From positions 44,548-108,547 of the forward strand of contig CAWFOY010000001.1 in assembly GCA_963817575.1 (NCBI GenBank): DNA of 64,000 bases. Direction: 5' to 3'. The position numbers and the translations under genes were made by a program. Positions 36,711 through 45,262 of this stretch are shown here, piece by piece; the first letter of the stretch is position 1; each line of letters starts with the position of its first letter. The DNA is from an uncultured Gemmatimonadales bacterium (lineage in GTDB: Bacteria > Gemmatimonadota > Gemmatimonadetes > Gemmatimonadales > GWC2-71-9). Below the pieces are notes generated by a model. The model worked only from the letters and a program-made list of their open reading frames with translations, ran no database searches and had not been told where the DNA came from.

Positions 36711-36767
36711 GTTACCATTCCGTGACCGCGGATCAGAATGAATGTGACGGGCGAGGACGTTTGTTAC
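36711..36767 (+). promoter_or_regulatory. Candidate Pho-box-like GT(T/G)AC repeats upstream of the porin-pst operon
   Basis: GTTAC is at 36711, GTGAC at 36722 (11-bp spacing), GTGAC at 36744 (22 bp further) and GTTAC at 36763. Two more GTGAC sites are at 36472 and 36492. Confidence 0.3.
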
Positions 36768-36862
36768 TCGCAATCCGGGGAGGGTGAAGGTCCCGGAGCG
36801 GTGGCGGAGCATCCCGTTCCGCCTGAAACCCCGGGGCTCGGCCCCAGATCGAAAGGGCGGAC

Positions 36863-38032
36863 ATGGTGAGGATTACGCGGCGTTCGGCGGTGGCATTGGT
36901 GGGACTCGTGGTCATCGGGGCCGGCGCGCTGGCTGCGCAGACCACGTACCCCAATGTCAAGATCTCGGGTCGGCTGCAGGAGCAGTACTACGTCCTGGAC
37001 AATGACCCGTACCCAGCGGTGGGTCCGAACAGCAACTTCTTCACCCGCCGGGCGCGCATCGAGGCGAAAGGGAACATTGCCGAGAATGTGACCTTCATAA
37101 TCCAGCCGTCGTTTGAGGGCGGCCGGACCCTCAGCAGCCTGAGCACCACCTGCCAGGACCTGATCACCGACCCCACGGCCGTGGTCCCGGATACGCTCGA
37201 AGTAGAGTGCTCCACTACCGGCCGCGGCGGCGTCCGGCTGCGGGATGCGTACATCGAGGTCGCCTTCACCAAGCCCGAGGCCAAGAATCATTTCTCGCTC
37301 CGCGTCGGCCAGGAGAAGCGGCCGTTCGGACGCTACGAGCTGACCTCCTCCAACAATCTTCCGTCCCTCGAGCGTGGTGCTGGTCAGGGGCTCCTGCCGG
37401 TGGCAAGCAACGACCTCTTCACCGCGAACGGGTTCATGTCGCACGACGTGGGCGCGAGCCTGCTGGCCGGCCTTTTTTCGGGCAAGGCCACGGTCCAGGT
37501 GGGTGCCTACAATGGCCGGGGTGAGAGCGTGAACGACAACAACAACGCGAAGTCCTTGGGCGCCCGGGCCACGTGGCAGATCCTGGACAAGGTCAACATC
37601 GGCGCGTCGTATTTCTCACACGATGCGATCGTCGGCACTGACAGCTCGGCCACGAACGATGCGTTCGGGGTCGACGCCCAGTGGGGGAAGGTCGGCGAGG
37701 AAGGGCTGTACGTCGTGGCCGACTACATGGACGGCGAGGCGGCTAACGCGGCCAACACTCCGATCCAGGGTGTCTCGCTGGTTGCCGCGTATCACCTCCG
37801 CATGAAGAACCCGACCTCGTGGCTCTACGCCATCGAGCCCGCGGTGCGCTACGACGTTGCCGATACCGACACCGATGTCGACGACACCGGCACCACGCTC
37901 GTCAGTGCCGGCATCAACCTCTACATGAGCAGCAAGGCCCAGCTTCGGTTCATGTATGAAAACCAGAGCTTCAGCGCTTCAGGCGCCGAGAGCATCAGCG
38001 GCGTCCGGTCGGCCGTGACAGTCAACTTCTGA
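36863..38032 (+). CDS. Phosphate-selective porin (OprO/OprP family)
   Basis: A signal peptide is present. The motifs ISGRLQEQY..FFTRRARIEAKGNI and a C-terminal beta-barrel ending in VNF are present. The gene lies immediately upstream of pstS. Confidence 0.75.
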   Translation: MVRITRRSAVALVGLVVIGAGALAAQTTYPNVKISGRLQEQYYVLDNDPYPAVGPNSNFFTRRARIEAKGNIAENVTFIIQPSFEGGRTLSSLSTTCQDLITDPTAVVPDTLEVECSTTGRGGVRLRDAYIEVAFTKPEAKNHFSLRVGQEKRPFGRYELTSSNNLPSLERGAGQGLLPVASNDLFTANGFMSHDVGASLLAGLFSGKATVQVGAYNGRGESVNDNNNAKSLGARATWQILDKVNIGASYFSHDAIVGTDSSATNDAFGVDAQWGKVGEEGLYVVADYMDGEAANAANTPIQGVSLVAAYHLRMKNPTSWLYAIEPAVRYDVADTDTDVDDTGTTLVSAGINLYMSSKAQLRFMYENQSFSASGAESISGVRSAVTVNF

Positions 38033-38034
38033 GG

Positions 38035-39093
38035 ATGATCATGACGACGACGTTCAACCGCGCTGCCGCACTCGGCCTGGGTCTCCTGACCCTGGCCGGC
38101 GCTCCGGCGGCCGCGCAGAACTTGACGGGGGCGGGCGCCACATTCCCCAACCCCATATATACGAAGTGGTTCGACGCCTACAACAAGAAGACCGGCGTCC
38201 AGATCAACTATCAGTCCATCGGCTCCGGCGGCGGTATCCGCCAGTTCACCGAAGGCACCGTGGATTTCGGGGCCACCGACGGCCCGATGAGCGCCGAGCA
38301 GATCACGGCGGTCAAGGGGAATGTGCTGCATGTCCCGACGGTCATCGGGGCCGTGGTGCTGACCTACAACCTGCCGTCACTCGGCGTGACCAAGCTCCAG
38401 TTCGACGGGCCGACCATCGCCGACATCTTCCTGGGCCGCATCACCAAGTGGAACGATCCGCGCATCGCCGGCCAGAACCCCGGCGTGAAACTGCCGAACG
38501 TGGACATCATCGTGGTCCATCGGTCGGACGGGTCGGGAACGACCTATGTCTTCACCGATTACCTGACCAAGGTGTCGCGCGAGTGGCGTGACAAAGTGAA
38601 CTACGCCACGTCGGTGAAGTGGCCTACCGGGCTCGGCGGCAAGGGGAACGAGGGCGTGACCCAGCAGGTGAAGCAGCTCGAGGGCGCCATCGGCTATGTG
38701 GAGCTCATCTACGCGCTCTCGAACAAGCTGCCCTACGCCAAGGTGAAGAATGCGGCCGGCACCTACATCGATCCGAGCCTGGAGGCGACGACCGCCGCCG
38801 CCGGCAGCGCCAAGTTCGCGAAGGACACCGATTTCCGGGTCTCCATCACGAATGCGCCGGGGGCCCAATCCTATCCGATCTCGTCGTTCACGTGGCTGCT
38901 CGTGCCATTGGATGCCCGGGATGCCGCCAAGGCCAAGGTCCTTCGCGAGTTCCTGACCTGGATGATCACCCCGGAGGCGCAGGACATGGCCAAGCAGCTC
39001 GAGTACGCACCGCTGCCGGCGGAGGTCATCGGTCTGATCAAGCCCCGAATCGCTTCACTCAAGGCGGAGGGAAAGCCGATCGCGATGCGGTAG
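38035..39093 (+). CDS. pstS: Phosphate ABC transporter substrate-binding protein
   Basis: A signal peptide is followed by GAGATFPNPIYTKWF and SIGSGGGIRQF. Confidence 0.93.
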   Translation: MIMTTTFNRAAALGLGLLTLAGAPAAAQNLTGAGATFPNPIYTKWFDAYNKKTGVQINYQSIGSGGGIRQFTEGTVDFGATDGPMSAEQITAVKGNVLHVPTVIGAVVLTYNLPSLGVTKLQFDGPTIADIFLGRITKWNDPRIAGQNPGVKLPNVDIIVVHRSDGSGTTYVFTDYLTKVSREWRDKVNYATSVKWPTGLGGKGNEGVTQQVKQLEGAIGYVELIYALSNKLPYAKVKNAAGTYIDPSLEATTAAAGSAKFAKDTDFRVSITNAPGAQSYPISSFTWLLVPLDARDAAKAKVLREFLTWMITPEAQDMAKQLEYAPLPAEVIGLIKPRIASLKAEGKPIAMR

Positions 39094-39114
39094 GTGCCTC
39101 TCCCATCGCGCGAA

Positions 39115-39142
39115 CGGCCGGCCGCCTGGTTGGGGCCGGCCG
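39115..39142 (+). terminator. Strong pstS-pstC intergenic hairpin (attenuator/partial terminator)
   Basis: The stem is 9 bp (CGGCCGGCC / GGCCGGCCG) with a 10-nt loop, followed by CTTC. There is no strong U-tract. Confidence 0.5.
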
Positions 39143-39224
39143 CTTCGCGTACAGATTCGGCGTGACACATTCGTTACACGGGCGTGACGAGCCGGCCGTT
39201 ACGCACGGATACGATTCCCGGCCT

Positions 39225-40202
39225 ATGGCGGCTCCCACCACCGACCTGCCGGTACCGGAGATCCACTCGCTCGAGCAATCCCACTGGGGCGATCGCCTCT
39301 TCAAGGCCCTCCTCACCGGGGCGGCGCTGGCGATCCCCGTGCTGCTGGCATTCCTGGTCTACGAGCTCTGGTCGGGTTCCCGCCTCGCCATCGACCGGTT
39401 CGGCCTCGGCTTCATGACGTCGAGCAACTGGGACCCGGTGACCGGCGAGTTCGGCGCCCTGCCCCTGATCGTGGGCACGGTGGTCTCGTCCGTGCTGGCG
39501 CTGCTTATCGCCGTGCCGCTCTCCCTGGGCGTCGCCATCTACCTGACCGAATTCGCCCCGAAGGCGGTCCGCGGCCCGGTGGCCTCCATCATCGGGCTGC
39601 TCGCGGCCATTCCGAGCGTGGTCTATGGCCTCTGGGGCATCTTCGTGATGATCCCCTTCCTCCGGCCGACGGTCTTTCCCTTCCTCAAGAAGGTCTTCGG
39701 GTTTCTCCCGTTCTTCCAGGGCCCGATCTACGGCCCGTCCATGCTGGCCGCGGCGATCATCCTCGCCATCATGGTGATGCCGTACATCATGTCGGTGAGC
39801 CGTGAAGTCCTGCTGGCGGTGCCCAACAGCCAGCGGGAGGCCGCGCTCGCGCTGGGCGCGACCCGCTGGGAGGCCGTCACGGGCGCCGTGCTGCCCTACG
39901 CCCGGTCCGGCATCATCGGCGCGGTGATTCTCGGCCTCGGCCGGGCGCTGGGCGAGACCATGGCGGTCACGATGGTGATCGGCAACCGGCATGAGATCGC
40001 CGCCTCCCTCTTCGCGCCGGGTTACACGATGGCGGCGGCGATCGCCAACGAATTCACCGAGGCCGTCGAGGACATTCACCTGTCGGCGCTGGCCTACGTG
40101 GCGCTCACGCTCTTCGTCGTGACGGTTCTCATCAACGCGATCGCGCGGCTCCTCATCTGGCGGGTGGCACGTGGCACAGCCGCCGGCAGCAAGGCGCTCT
40201 GA
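39225..40202 (+). CDS. pstC: Phosphate ABC transporter permease PstC
   Basis: ATG 39225 gives 325 aa with the permease EAA-type loop ([13 protein letters not shown]). The track ORF start at 38619 overlaps pstS. Confidence 0.9.
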   Translation: MAAPTTDLPVPEIHSLEQSHWGDRLFKALLTGAALAIPVLLAFLVYELWSGSRLAIDRFGLGFMTSSNWDPVTGEFGALPLIVGTVVSSVLALLIAVPLSLGVAIYLTEFAPKAVRGPVASIIGLLAAIPSVVYGLWGIFVMIPFLRPTVFPFLKKVFGFLPFFQGPIYGPSMLAAAIILAIMVMPYIMSVSREVLLAVPNSQREAALALGATRWEAVTGAVLPYARSGIIGAVILGLGRALGETMAVTMVIGNRHEIAASLFAPGYTMAAAIANEFTEAVEDIHLSALAYVALTLFVVTVLINAIARLLIWRVARGTAAGSKAL

Positions 40203-41047
40203 TGAACCGCCGTTTCCTGCGCCGCCTGTACAGCGATGCGATGGTCGGGCTGATGATCCTGGCCGTCGTGCTCGCGGTCCTGCCGCTCCTGCTCATCCTC
40301 GGCACCCTGATTTCCAAGGGCGCGAGCAACATCAGCTTCGAGTTCTTCACCCGGCTGCCGGTTCCCGCCGGCGAGACGGGCGGCGGGGTCGCCCACGCGA
40401 TCATCGGGACTCTCGTGATCGTCGGCACCGCCTGCATCATCGGCCTCCCGCTGGGCATCGGCGCCGGCATCTATTGCGCCGAGTACCCCGCCGCCCGGCT
40501 CGCGTGGGTGACCCGCTTTGTCGCGGACGTGATGAACGGCACCCCGTCCATCGTGGTGGGCGTCTTTGCCTGGGCCTGGATCGTGGCCCGGCAGGGGCAC
40601 TTTTCCGCGCTGGCCGGCAGCGCCGCGCTCGCGATGCTGATGATCCCGATGGTCATGCGAACGACGGAGGAGATGATCAAGCTGGTGCCGCACTCGCTGC
40701 GCGAGGCGGCGCTGGCGCTCGGTTATTCGCGCTGGCGGACCAGCCTCACGGTGGTGGTGCGGACCAGCCTGTCGGGGATCGTCACCGGAAGCCTTCTGTC
40801 GGTGGCGCGCATCGCGGGCGAGACGGCGCCGCTCCTGTTCACGACCCTGGGGAGCCAGTTCTTCACCCGGAGCCTGAACGAGCCGATGGCAGCCCTGCCG
40901 CTGGTCGTGTTCTCGTACGCCACGGGCCCCTATGAGGAGTGGCACCAGATGGCCTGGGCAGCGGCCCTCGTCCTCATCGTCGTGGTGCTGGTGCTGAGCG
41001 TCGCGGCCCGTTTGGCCACGCGGCGGAAGTTCGACCTCAATGGCTGA
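40202..41047 (+). CDS. pstA: Phosphate ABC transporter permease PstA
   Basis: 281-aa ORF with the motif [14 protein letters not shown]. It overlaps the pstC stop. Confidence 0.9.
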   Translation: MNRRFLRRLYSDAMVGLMILAVVLAVLPLLLILGTLISKGASNISFEFFTRLPVPAGETGGGVAHAIIGTLVIVGTACIIGLPLGIGAGIYCAEYPAARLAWVTRFVADVMNGTPSIVVGVFAWAWIVARQGHFSALAGSAALAMLMIPMVMRTTEEMIKLVPHSLREAALALGYSRWRTSLTVVVRTSLSGIVTGSLLSVARIAGETAPLLFTTLGSQFFTRSLNEPMAALPLVVFSYATGPYEEWHQMAWAAALVLIVVVLVLSVAARLATRRKFDLNG

Positions 41048-41807
41048 CGCGACACCGCGGCTCCAGACGGAGAAGCTCACGGCCATGTACGGAAAATTCA
41101 CCGCCGTGAAGGGCGTCTCGCTCGAATTTCCGCCCAACCGGGTGCACGCCCTGATCGGTCCGTCGGGATGCGGAAAGTCCACGTTCCTCCGGGCCCTCAA
41201 CCGGATGCACGAGCTGACGCCCGGTGGCTGGATCACGGGCAAGGTGCTGCTCGACGGCCAGGACGTGTACGCGCCCTCAGTGAGCGCGATGCGGCTCCGG
41301 CGCCGGGTCGGGATGGTCTTCCAGCGCCCGACTCCCTTCCCGACGATGTCCGTCTACGACAACGTGGCGGCAGGGCTCAAGGTGAACGGGCGGCCGGCGC
41401 GGGGAGAGGTGGATCAGACTGTCGAGCACGCGCTACGGCAGGCGGCCCTGTGGGACGAGGTGAAGGACCGGCTCAAGGCGAGCGCGATGGCCCTCTCCGG
41501 CGGGCAGCAGCAGCGCTTGTGCATCGCGCGGACCATCGCGCCGAAGCCGGAAGTGATCCTGCTTGACGAGCCGACCGCGTCGCTCGACCCGCAGGGCACC
41601 CAGCGGATCGAGGAGCTCCTCTTCGAGCTCAAGCGGGAATTCACGATCATCATCGTGACCCACAACATGCAACAGGCCGCGCGGGTGTCACACACGACAT
41701 CGTTCTTCTACCTCGGAGCGATGGTTGAGACTGGCCAGACCGCCCAGATCTTCACTGCCCCGACGCAGGAGCAGACCGAGGCCTACATTACAGGACGGTT
41801 CGGATGA
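41040..41807 (+). CDS. pstB: Phosphate ABC transporter ATP-binding protein PstB (copy 1)
   Basis: The motifs [32 protein letters not shown] and the C-terminal YITGRFG are present. Confidence 0.92.
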   Translation: MADATPRLQTEKLTAMYGKFTAVKGVSLEFPPNRVHALIGPSGCGKSTFLRALNRMHELTPGGWITGKVLLDGQDVYAPSVSAMRLRRRVGMVFQRPTPFPTMSVYDNVAAGLKVNGRPARGEVDQTVEHALRQAALWDEVKDRLKASAMALSGGQQQRLCIARTIAPKPEVILLDEPTASLDPQGTQRIEELLFELKREFTIIIVTHNMQQAARVSHTTSFFYLGAMVETGQTAQIFTAPTQEQTEAYITGRFG

Positions 41808-42655
41808 CCACCCTCCTCGAGGGGCCGGGCATGACCCAGCCGCCAATGTTCCGTCCGACGCTGGTACCCCGCGCGTCGGCGCCCCATATCGCCCAGCCGG
41901 GCGGTCCGGTGGTGGAAGCGAAGGACTTCCACTTCTACTATGGGCCGAGCGAGGCGCTCAAGGGAATCAACCTCGCGTTCGCCCGGCATGCGGTCACGGC
42001 CATCATCGGACCCTCGGGCTGCGGGAAATCCACCTTCCTGCGCTCGATCAACCGGATGAACGAGCTGATTCCGGGCATCCGAACCACGGGGGATATCCAG
42101 ATCGAAGGCGTTTCGATCTACCGGGCGCACACGGACCTGGTCGACCTTCGCCGCCGCGTCGGCATGGTCTTCCAGCGGCCGAATCCGTTTCCGAAGTCGG
42201 TCTTCGACAATGTGGCATATGGTCCGGACCGGAATCGACTCGTAGCCCGGCGGGACTTGCCCGACCTCGTGGAGCGTTGCCTCCGCCGGGCGGCGCTGTG
42301 GGACGAGGTGAAGGACCGGCTGGACGAGTCGGGAACGAGTCTGTCGGGCGGGCAGCAGCAGCGGCTATGCATCGCGCGGGCGCTGGCCAACTCGCCGGAC
42401 GTGCTGCTGATGGACGAGCCCTGCTCCGCGCTCGACCCGATTGCCACGCAGAAGGTCGAGGAGTTGATCTTCGAGCTGAAGCGGGACTACACGATTGCCA
42501 TCGTTACCCATAACATGCAGCAGGCCGCGCGGGTCTCGGACTTCACGGGGTTCTTCGATAGCGGCCAGCTGATCGAGTTCGGCGCGACCGAGCGGATGTT
42601 CACCGCCCCGACGCAGGAGCGAACGGAGGCTTACATCACGGGGAGATTCGGATGA
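41804..42655 (+). CDS. pstB: Phosphate ABC transporter ATP-binding protein PstB (copy 2)
   Basis: This copy has the same motif set ([39 protein letters not shown]). It is a tandem paralogue with a longer N-terminus. Confidence 0.9.
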   Translation: MTTLLEGPGMTQPPMFRPTLVPRASAPHIAQPGGPVVEAKDFHFYYGPSEALKGINLAFARHAVTAIIGPSGCGKSTFLRSINRMNELIPGIRTTGDIQIEGVSIYRAHTDLVDLRRRVGMVFQRPNPFPKSVFDNVAYGPDRNRLVARRDLPDLVERCLRRAALWDEVKDRLDESGTSLSGGQQQRLCIARALANSPDVLLMDEPCSALDPIATQKVEELIFELKRDYTIAIVTHNMQQAARVSDFTGFFDSGQLIEFGATERMFTAPTQERTEAYITGRFG

Positions 42656-43365
42656 CCGATGCGCATCGTCACTTTCACGACGAGCTGAGCCACGTGAAGG
42701 TGCGCCTGCTGACCATGTCCGGCGAGGCCGAGGCCGCGCTGGGAATGGCGGTGGAGGCACTGCTCGAGCGGGATTCCGCCAAGGCGCGCTCCGTCATCAC
42801 CGGAGACCGGGTGATCGACGAGATGGAGGTCGAGATCGAGGAGATGTGCATCAGCCTCCTCGCCCTCCAGCAGCCGATGGCCCGGGATCTCCGCATGCTC
42901 ACCTCCGCGCTCAAGATCGCCAACGACCTCGAGCGGGTGGGCGACCACGCGGTGAACATCGCCCAGTCGGCAGAGCGCCTGCTGGAGGATCGCCCGATCG
43001 CGCCGGAGCCCGAGATCGTCGAAATGGCGCGGCTCACGCGCGACATGCTGTCCGACGCGCTCGAGGCCTTCATCCGCGGCGACGCGCACGCGGGGCGCGA
43101 GGTGTGCCGCCGGGACGACAAGGTGGATGCCCTTCACAGGTCGGTGTTCCGAATCCTCCTCACCCACATGATGGAAGATCCGCACATGATCGGCGCGGGC
43201 ATGGAGCTCTTCCTGGTGAGCCGGAATCTCGAGCGGGTGGCCGACCTCGCCACGAACATCGGGGAGGACGTGGTCTTCCTGGTCGAGGGCAAGTCCATCA
43301 AGCATCACGCGGAAGACCGCGGAGACCCACCGGTGTTCGGCGCCAGCGTCCGGGCCGGCAAGTGA
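42652..43365 (+). CDS. phoU: Phosphate signalling complex protein PhoU
   Basis: Two PhoU repeats are present, with [13 protein letters not shown] and [14 protein letters not shown]. Confidence 0.92.
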   Translation: MTDAHRHFHDELSHVKVRLLTMSGEAEAALGMAVEALLERDSAKARSVITGDRVIDEMEVEIEEMCISLLALQQPMARDLRMLTSALKIANDLERVGDHAVNIAQSAERLLEDRPIAPEPEIVEMARLTRDMLSDALEAFIRGDAHAGREVCRRDDKVDALHRSVFRILLTHMMEDPHMIGAGMELFLVSRNLERVADLATNIGEDVVFLVEGKSIKHHAEDRGDPPVFGASVRAGK

Positions 43366-45017
43366 CGTCCCCGGCCAGCGAACCGCGGGAACGTCTCGGC
43401 GCGATCGACGTCGGCTCGAACTCGATCCGCCTGCTCGTCGCCGAGTACGATCCCACCACCGGCCTGACCCCCATCGACGAAGTGAAGGACCAGCCTCGCC
43501 TCGCGGCGGGGCTCGCGTCGACCGGCCGCCTGGATCCTGCCGCGATCGATCGCGCCATCCTGGCGCTCCGGCGCATGGCCGACGTGTGCCAGCGGCGCGG
43601 AGCCCGGCGGATTTCGGCCGTCGCGACGGCCGCCGTCCGCGAAGCCAAGAACGGCGAAGAGTTCGTCCAGAGGGTGCGGGCCGAAGTCGGCGTGCCGCTC
43701 CGGATCATCGACGCCGACACCGAGGCCCAGCTCTCCTATCGCTCCGTCGCGCATCATTTCCGTCTCGCGAACACCAAGACGCTCATCGCCGACATCGGCG
43801 GCGGAAGCCTGGAGCTGGTCGGCGCGGTGGACGGACTGGTGGAATTGACCCGGTCCCTGCCGTTCGGCGCGGTGCGGCTGACGGAACTTTTCCTCGCGGG
43901 CGCCAAGAACCAGCGGAAGGCAATGGGCGACCTGCGGAAACACCTCCGGAAGCGCCTTGTCCGGGCGCTGCCCCGCACCCAGTGGGTCGGCGCGCGCATC
44001 ATCGGGTCCGGTGGGACGTTCACCAACCTCGGCCGGATGGTCATGGCGCGGCGGGGCTTGTCGCCCGCGGATGCCGTGCACGGGCAGGACGTGTCGGCCG
44101 CCGAGGTGGAACAGCTGCTCGAGTGGCTGGGCACGAAGACGCCGACCGAGCGAGGCGCAGTGCCGGGACTGAGCCCCCAGCGCGCCGATATCATCCTGGC
44201 CGGCCTTGCCGTGACCGCGGCACTGCTCGAGCGACTCGAGGCTCCGGGCGTCACGATCAGCGCATTCGGCCTTCGCGAGGGCCTTCTCCTCGAGATGGTG
44301 GGTGATGCGCCGGCCCCCGTGGCCCCGGATCCAATGCGGCTGGTTCGCGAGTTCGCCGAGCGGTGCAAGACCGACCGGCGCCATGTTGAGCACGTGCGAC
44401 TCCTCGCGCTCTCCCTGTTCGCGAAGCTGGGCGACGAGCTCGGTTGCGGACCCGAGGAGCGGTGGCTGCTCGAAGCGGCGAGCCTGCTGCACGATGTCGG
44501 CCAGCTGGTGAGCTACCAGCGCCATCACAAACACAGCTACCAGCTCATCATGCACGCCGACCGCGTCGGACTTGGCGCGCGGGAACGGACGCTGGTCGCG
44601 CTGATCAGCCGGTACCATCGGAGGCGCGGCCCGCGAAAGAGACATCCGGAATTCGCGGCGCTGTCGGCGCCGGATCAGGCGATCGTCCGGCGGGTGAGCG
44701 GCCTCCTCCGCGTCGCCGACGGGCTCGATCGCGGTCACACCGCCATCGTCGAGAGCGTACGGGTGACGCTGGCGGATGACCGGCTGGTTCTCCACGTGGT
44801 GCCGCGCCTGGCGGGCGCGGATTTGTCGCTCGAGTGCTGGGCGGCGGAACGGAAGGGAAACGTGCTGGCGAAGCTGCTCGACCGCGAGATCGAAATCCGG
44901 CAGGGGCTCAAGATGGGGCGCAGGCGGAAGGATACTCCGGAGGGGCCGCGGGCGAGCCGGCCGGAGCCGGCACCCAACGGGCGGAGTCGTCGCGGGCGGA
45001 TCCCCCGCGACGTCTAG
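43362..45017 (+). CDS. ppx: Exopolyphosphatase / guanosine pentaphosphate phosphohydrolase (Ppx/GppA) with HD-type C-terminal domain
   Basis: The GTG start overlaps the phoU stop (GTGA). The motifs GAIDVGSNSIRLLVAE, ADIGGGSLEL and LLHDVGQLVSYQRHHKHS are present, followed by a basic C-terminal tail. Confidence 0.88.
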   Translation: MTSPASEPRERLGAIDVGSNSIRLLVAEYDPTTGLTPIDEVKDQPRLAAGLASTGRLDPAAIDRAILALRRMADVCQRRGARRISAVATAAVREAKNGEEFVQRVRAEVGVPLRIIDADTEAQLSYRSVAHHFRLANTKTLIADIGGGSLELVGAVDGLVELTRSLPFGAVRLTELFLAGAKNQRKAMGDLRKHLRKRLVRALPRTQWVGARIIGSGGTFTNLGRMVMARRGLSPADAVHGQDVSAAEVEQLLEWLGTKTPTERGAVPGLSPQRADIILAGLAVTAALLERLEAPGVTISAFGLREGLLLEMVGDAPAPVAPDPMRLVREFAERCKTDRRHVEHVRLLALSLFAKLGDELGCGPEERWLLEAASLLHDVGQLVSYQRHHKHSYQLIMHADRVGLGARERTLVALISRYHRRRGPRKRHPEFAALSAPDQAIVRRVSGLLRVADGLDRGHTAIVESVRVTLADDRLVLHVVPRLAGADLSLECWAAERKGNVLAKLLDREIEIRQGLKMGRRRKDTPEGPRASRPEPAPNGRSRRGRIPRDV

Positions 45018-45036
45018 CCGCGGGGTGGACGGCGAA

Positions 45037-45189
45037 TCAGATGCTCGGCTTGCGGAGGCGGTCCCACACGAATCCCGCGATCAACAGCCCGACCCCGATC
45101 ATCAACCACTTATCGAAGTCGTACTGCAGCGCCCAGGTCTTCATGCTCTGAAACGCTTCCCGGCCGTTCAGCATTGCGTATTCGGTCAT
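45037..45189 (-). CDS. Possible 50-aa single-pass membrane protein (below the ORF-track size cutoff)
   Basis: My translation is MTEYAMLNGREAFQSMKTWALQYDFDKWLMIGVGLLIAGFVWDRLRKPSI. GGAG lies 10 nt upstream. It is on the same strand as the ALDH gene, 74 nt downstream of its stop. Confidence 0.35.
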   Translation of the reverse strand: MTEYAMLNGREAFQSMKTWALQYDFDKWLMIGVGLLIAGFVWDRLRKPSI

Positions 45190-45202
45190 AGGGAACTCCG
45201 TT

Positions 45203-45262
45203 GGTCAGTCGGATGGTCGGTAAGTCGGACGGTCCGACTGCCCGACGGTCCGACGGTCCGTC
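45203..45262. repeat. 8-bp-period array (GGTCAGTC..GGACGGTC..CGACGGTC, about 7 units)
   Basis: Read directly from the sequence. It abuts the ALDH stop codon at 45263-45265. Confidence 0.85.

Noticed and set aside
41040-42655. Tandem pstB paralogues as a novelty
   Set aside because: Two PstB ATPase genes in one pst operon are already known, for example pstBA/pstBB in Bacillus subtilis. This is ordinary variation.
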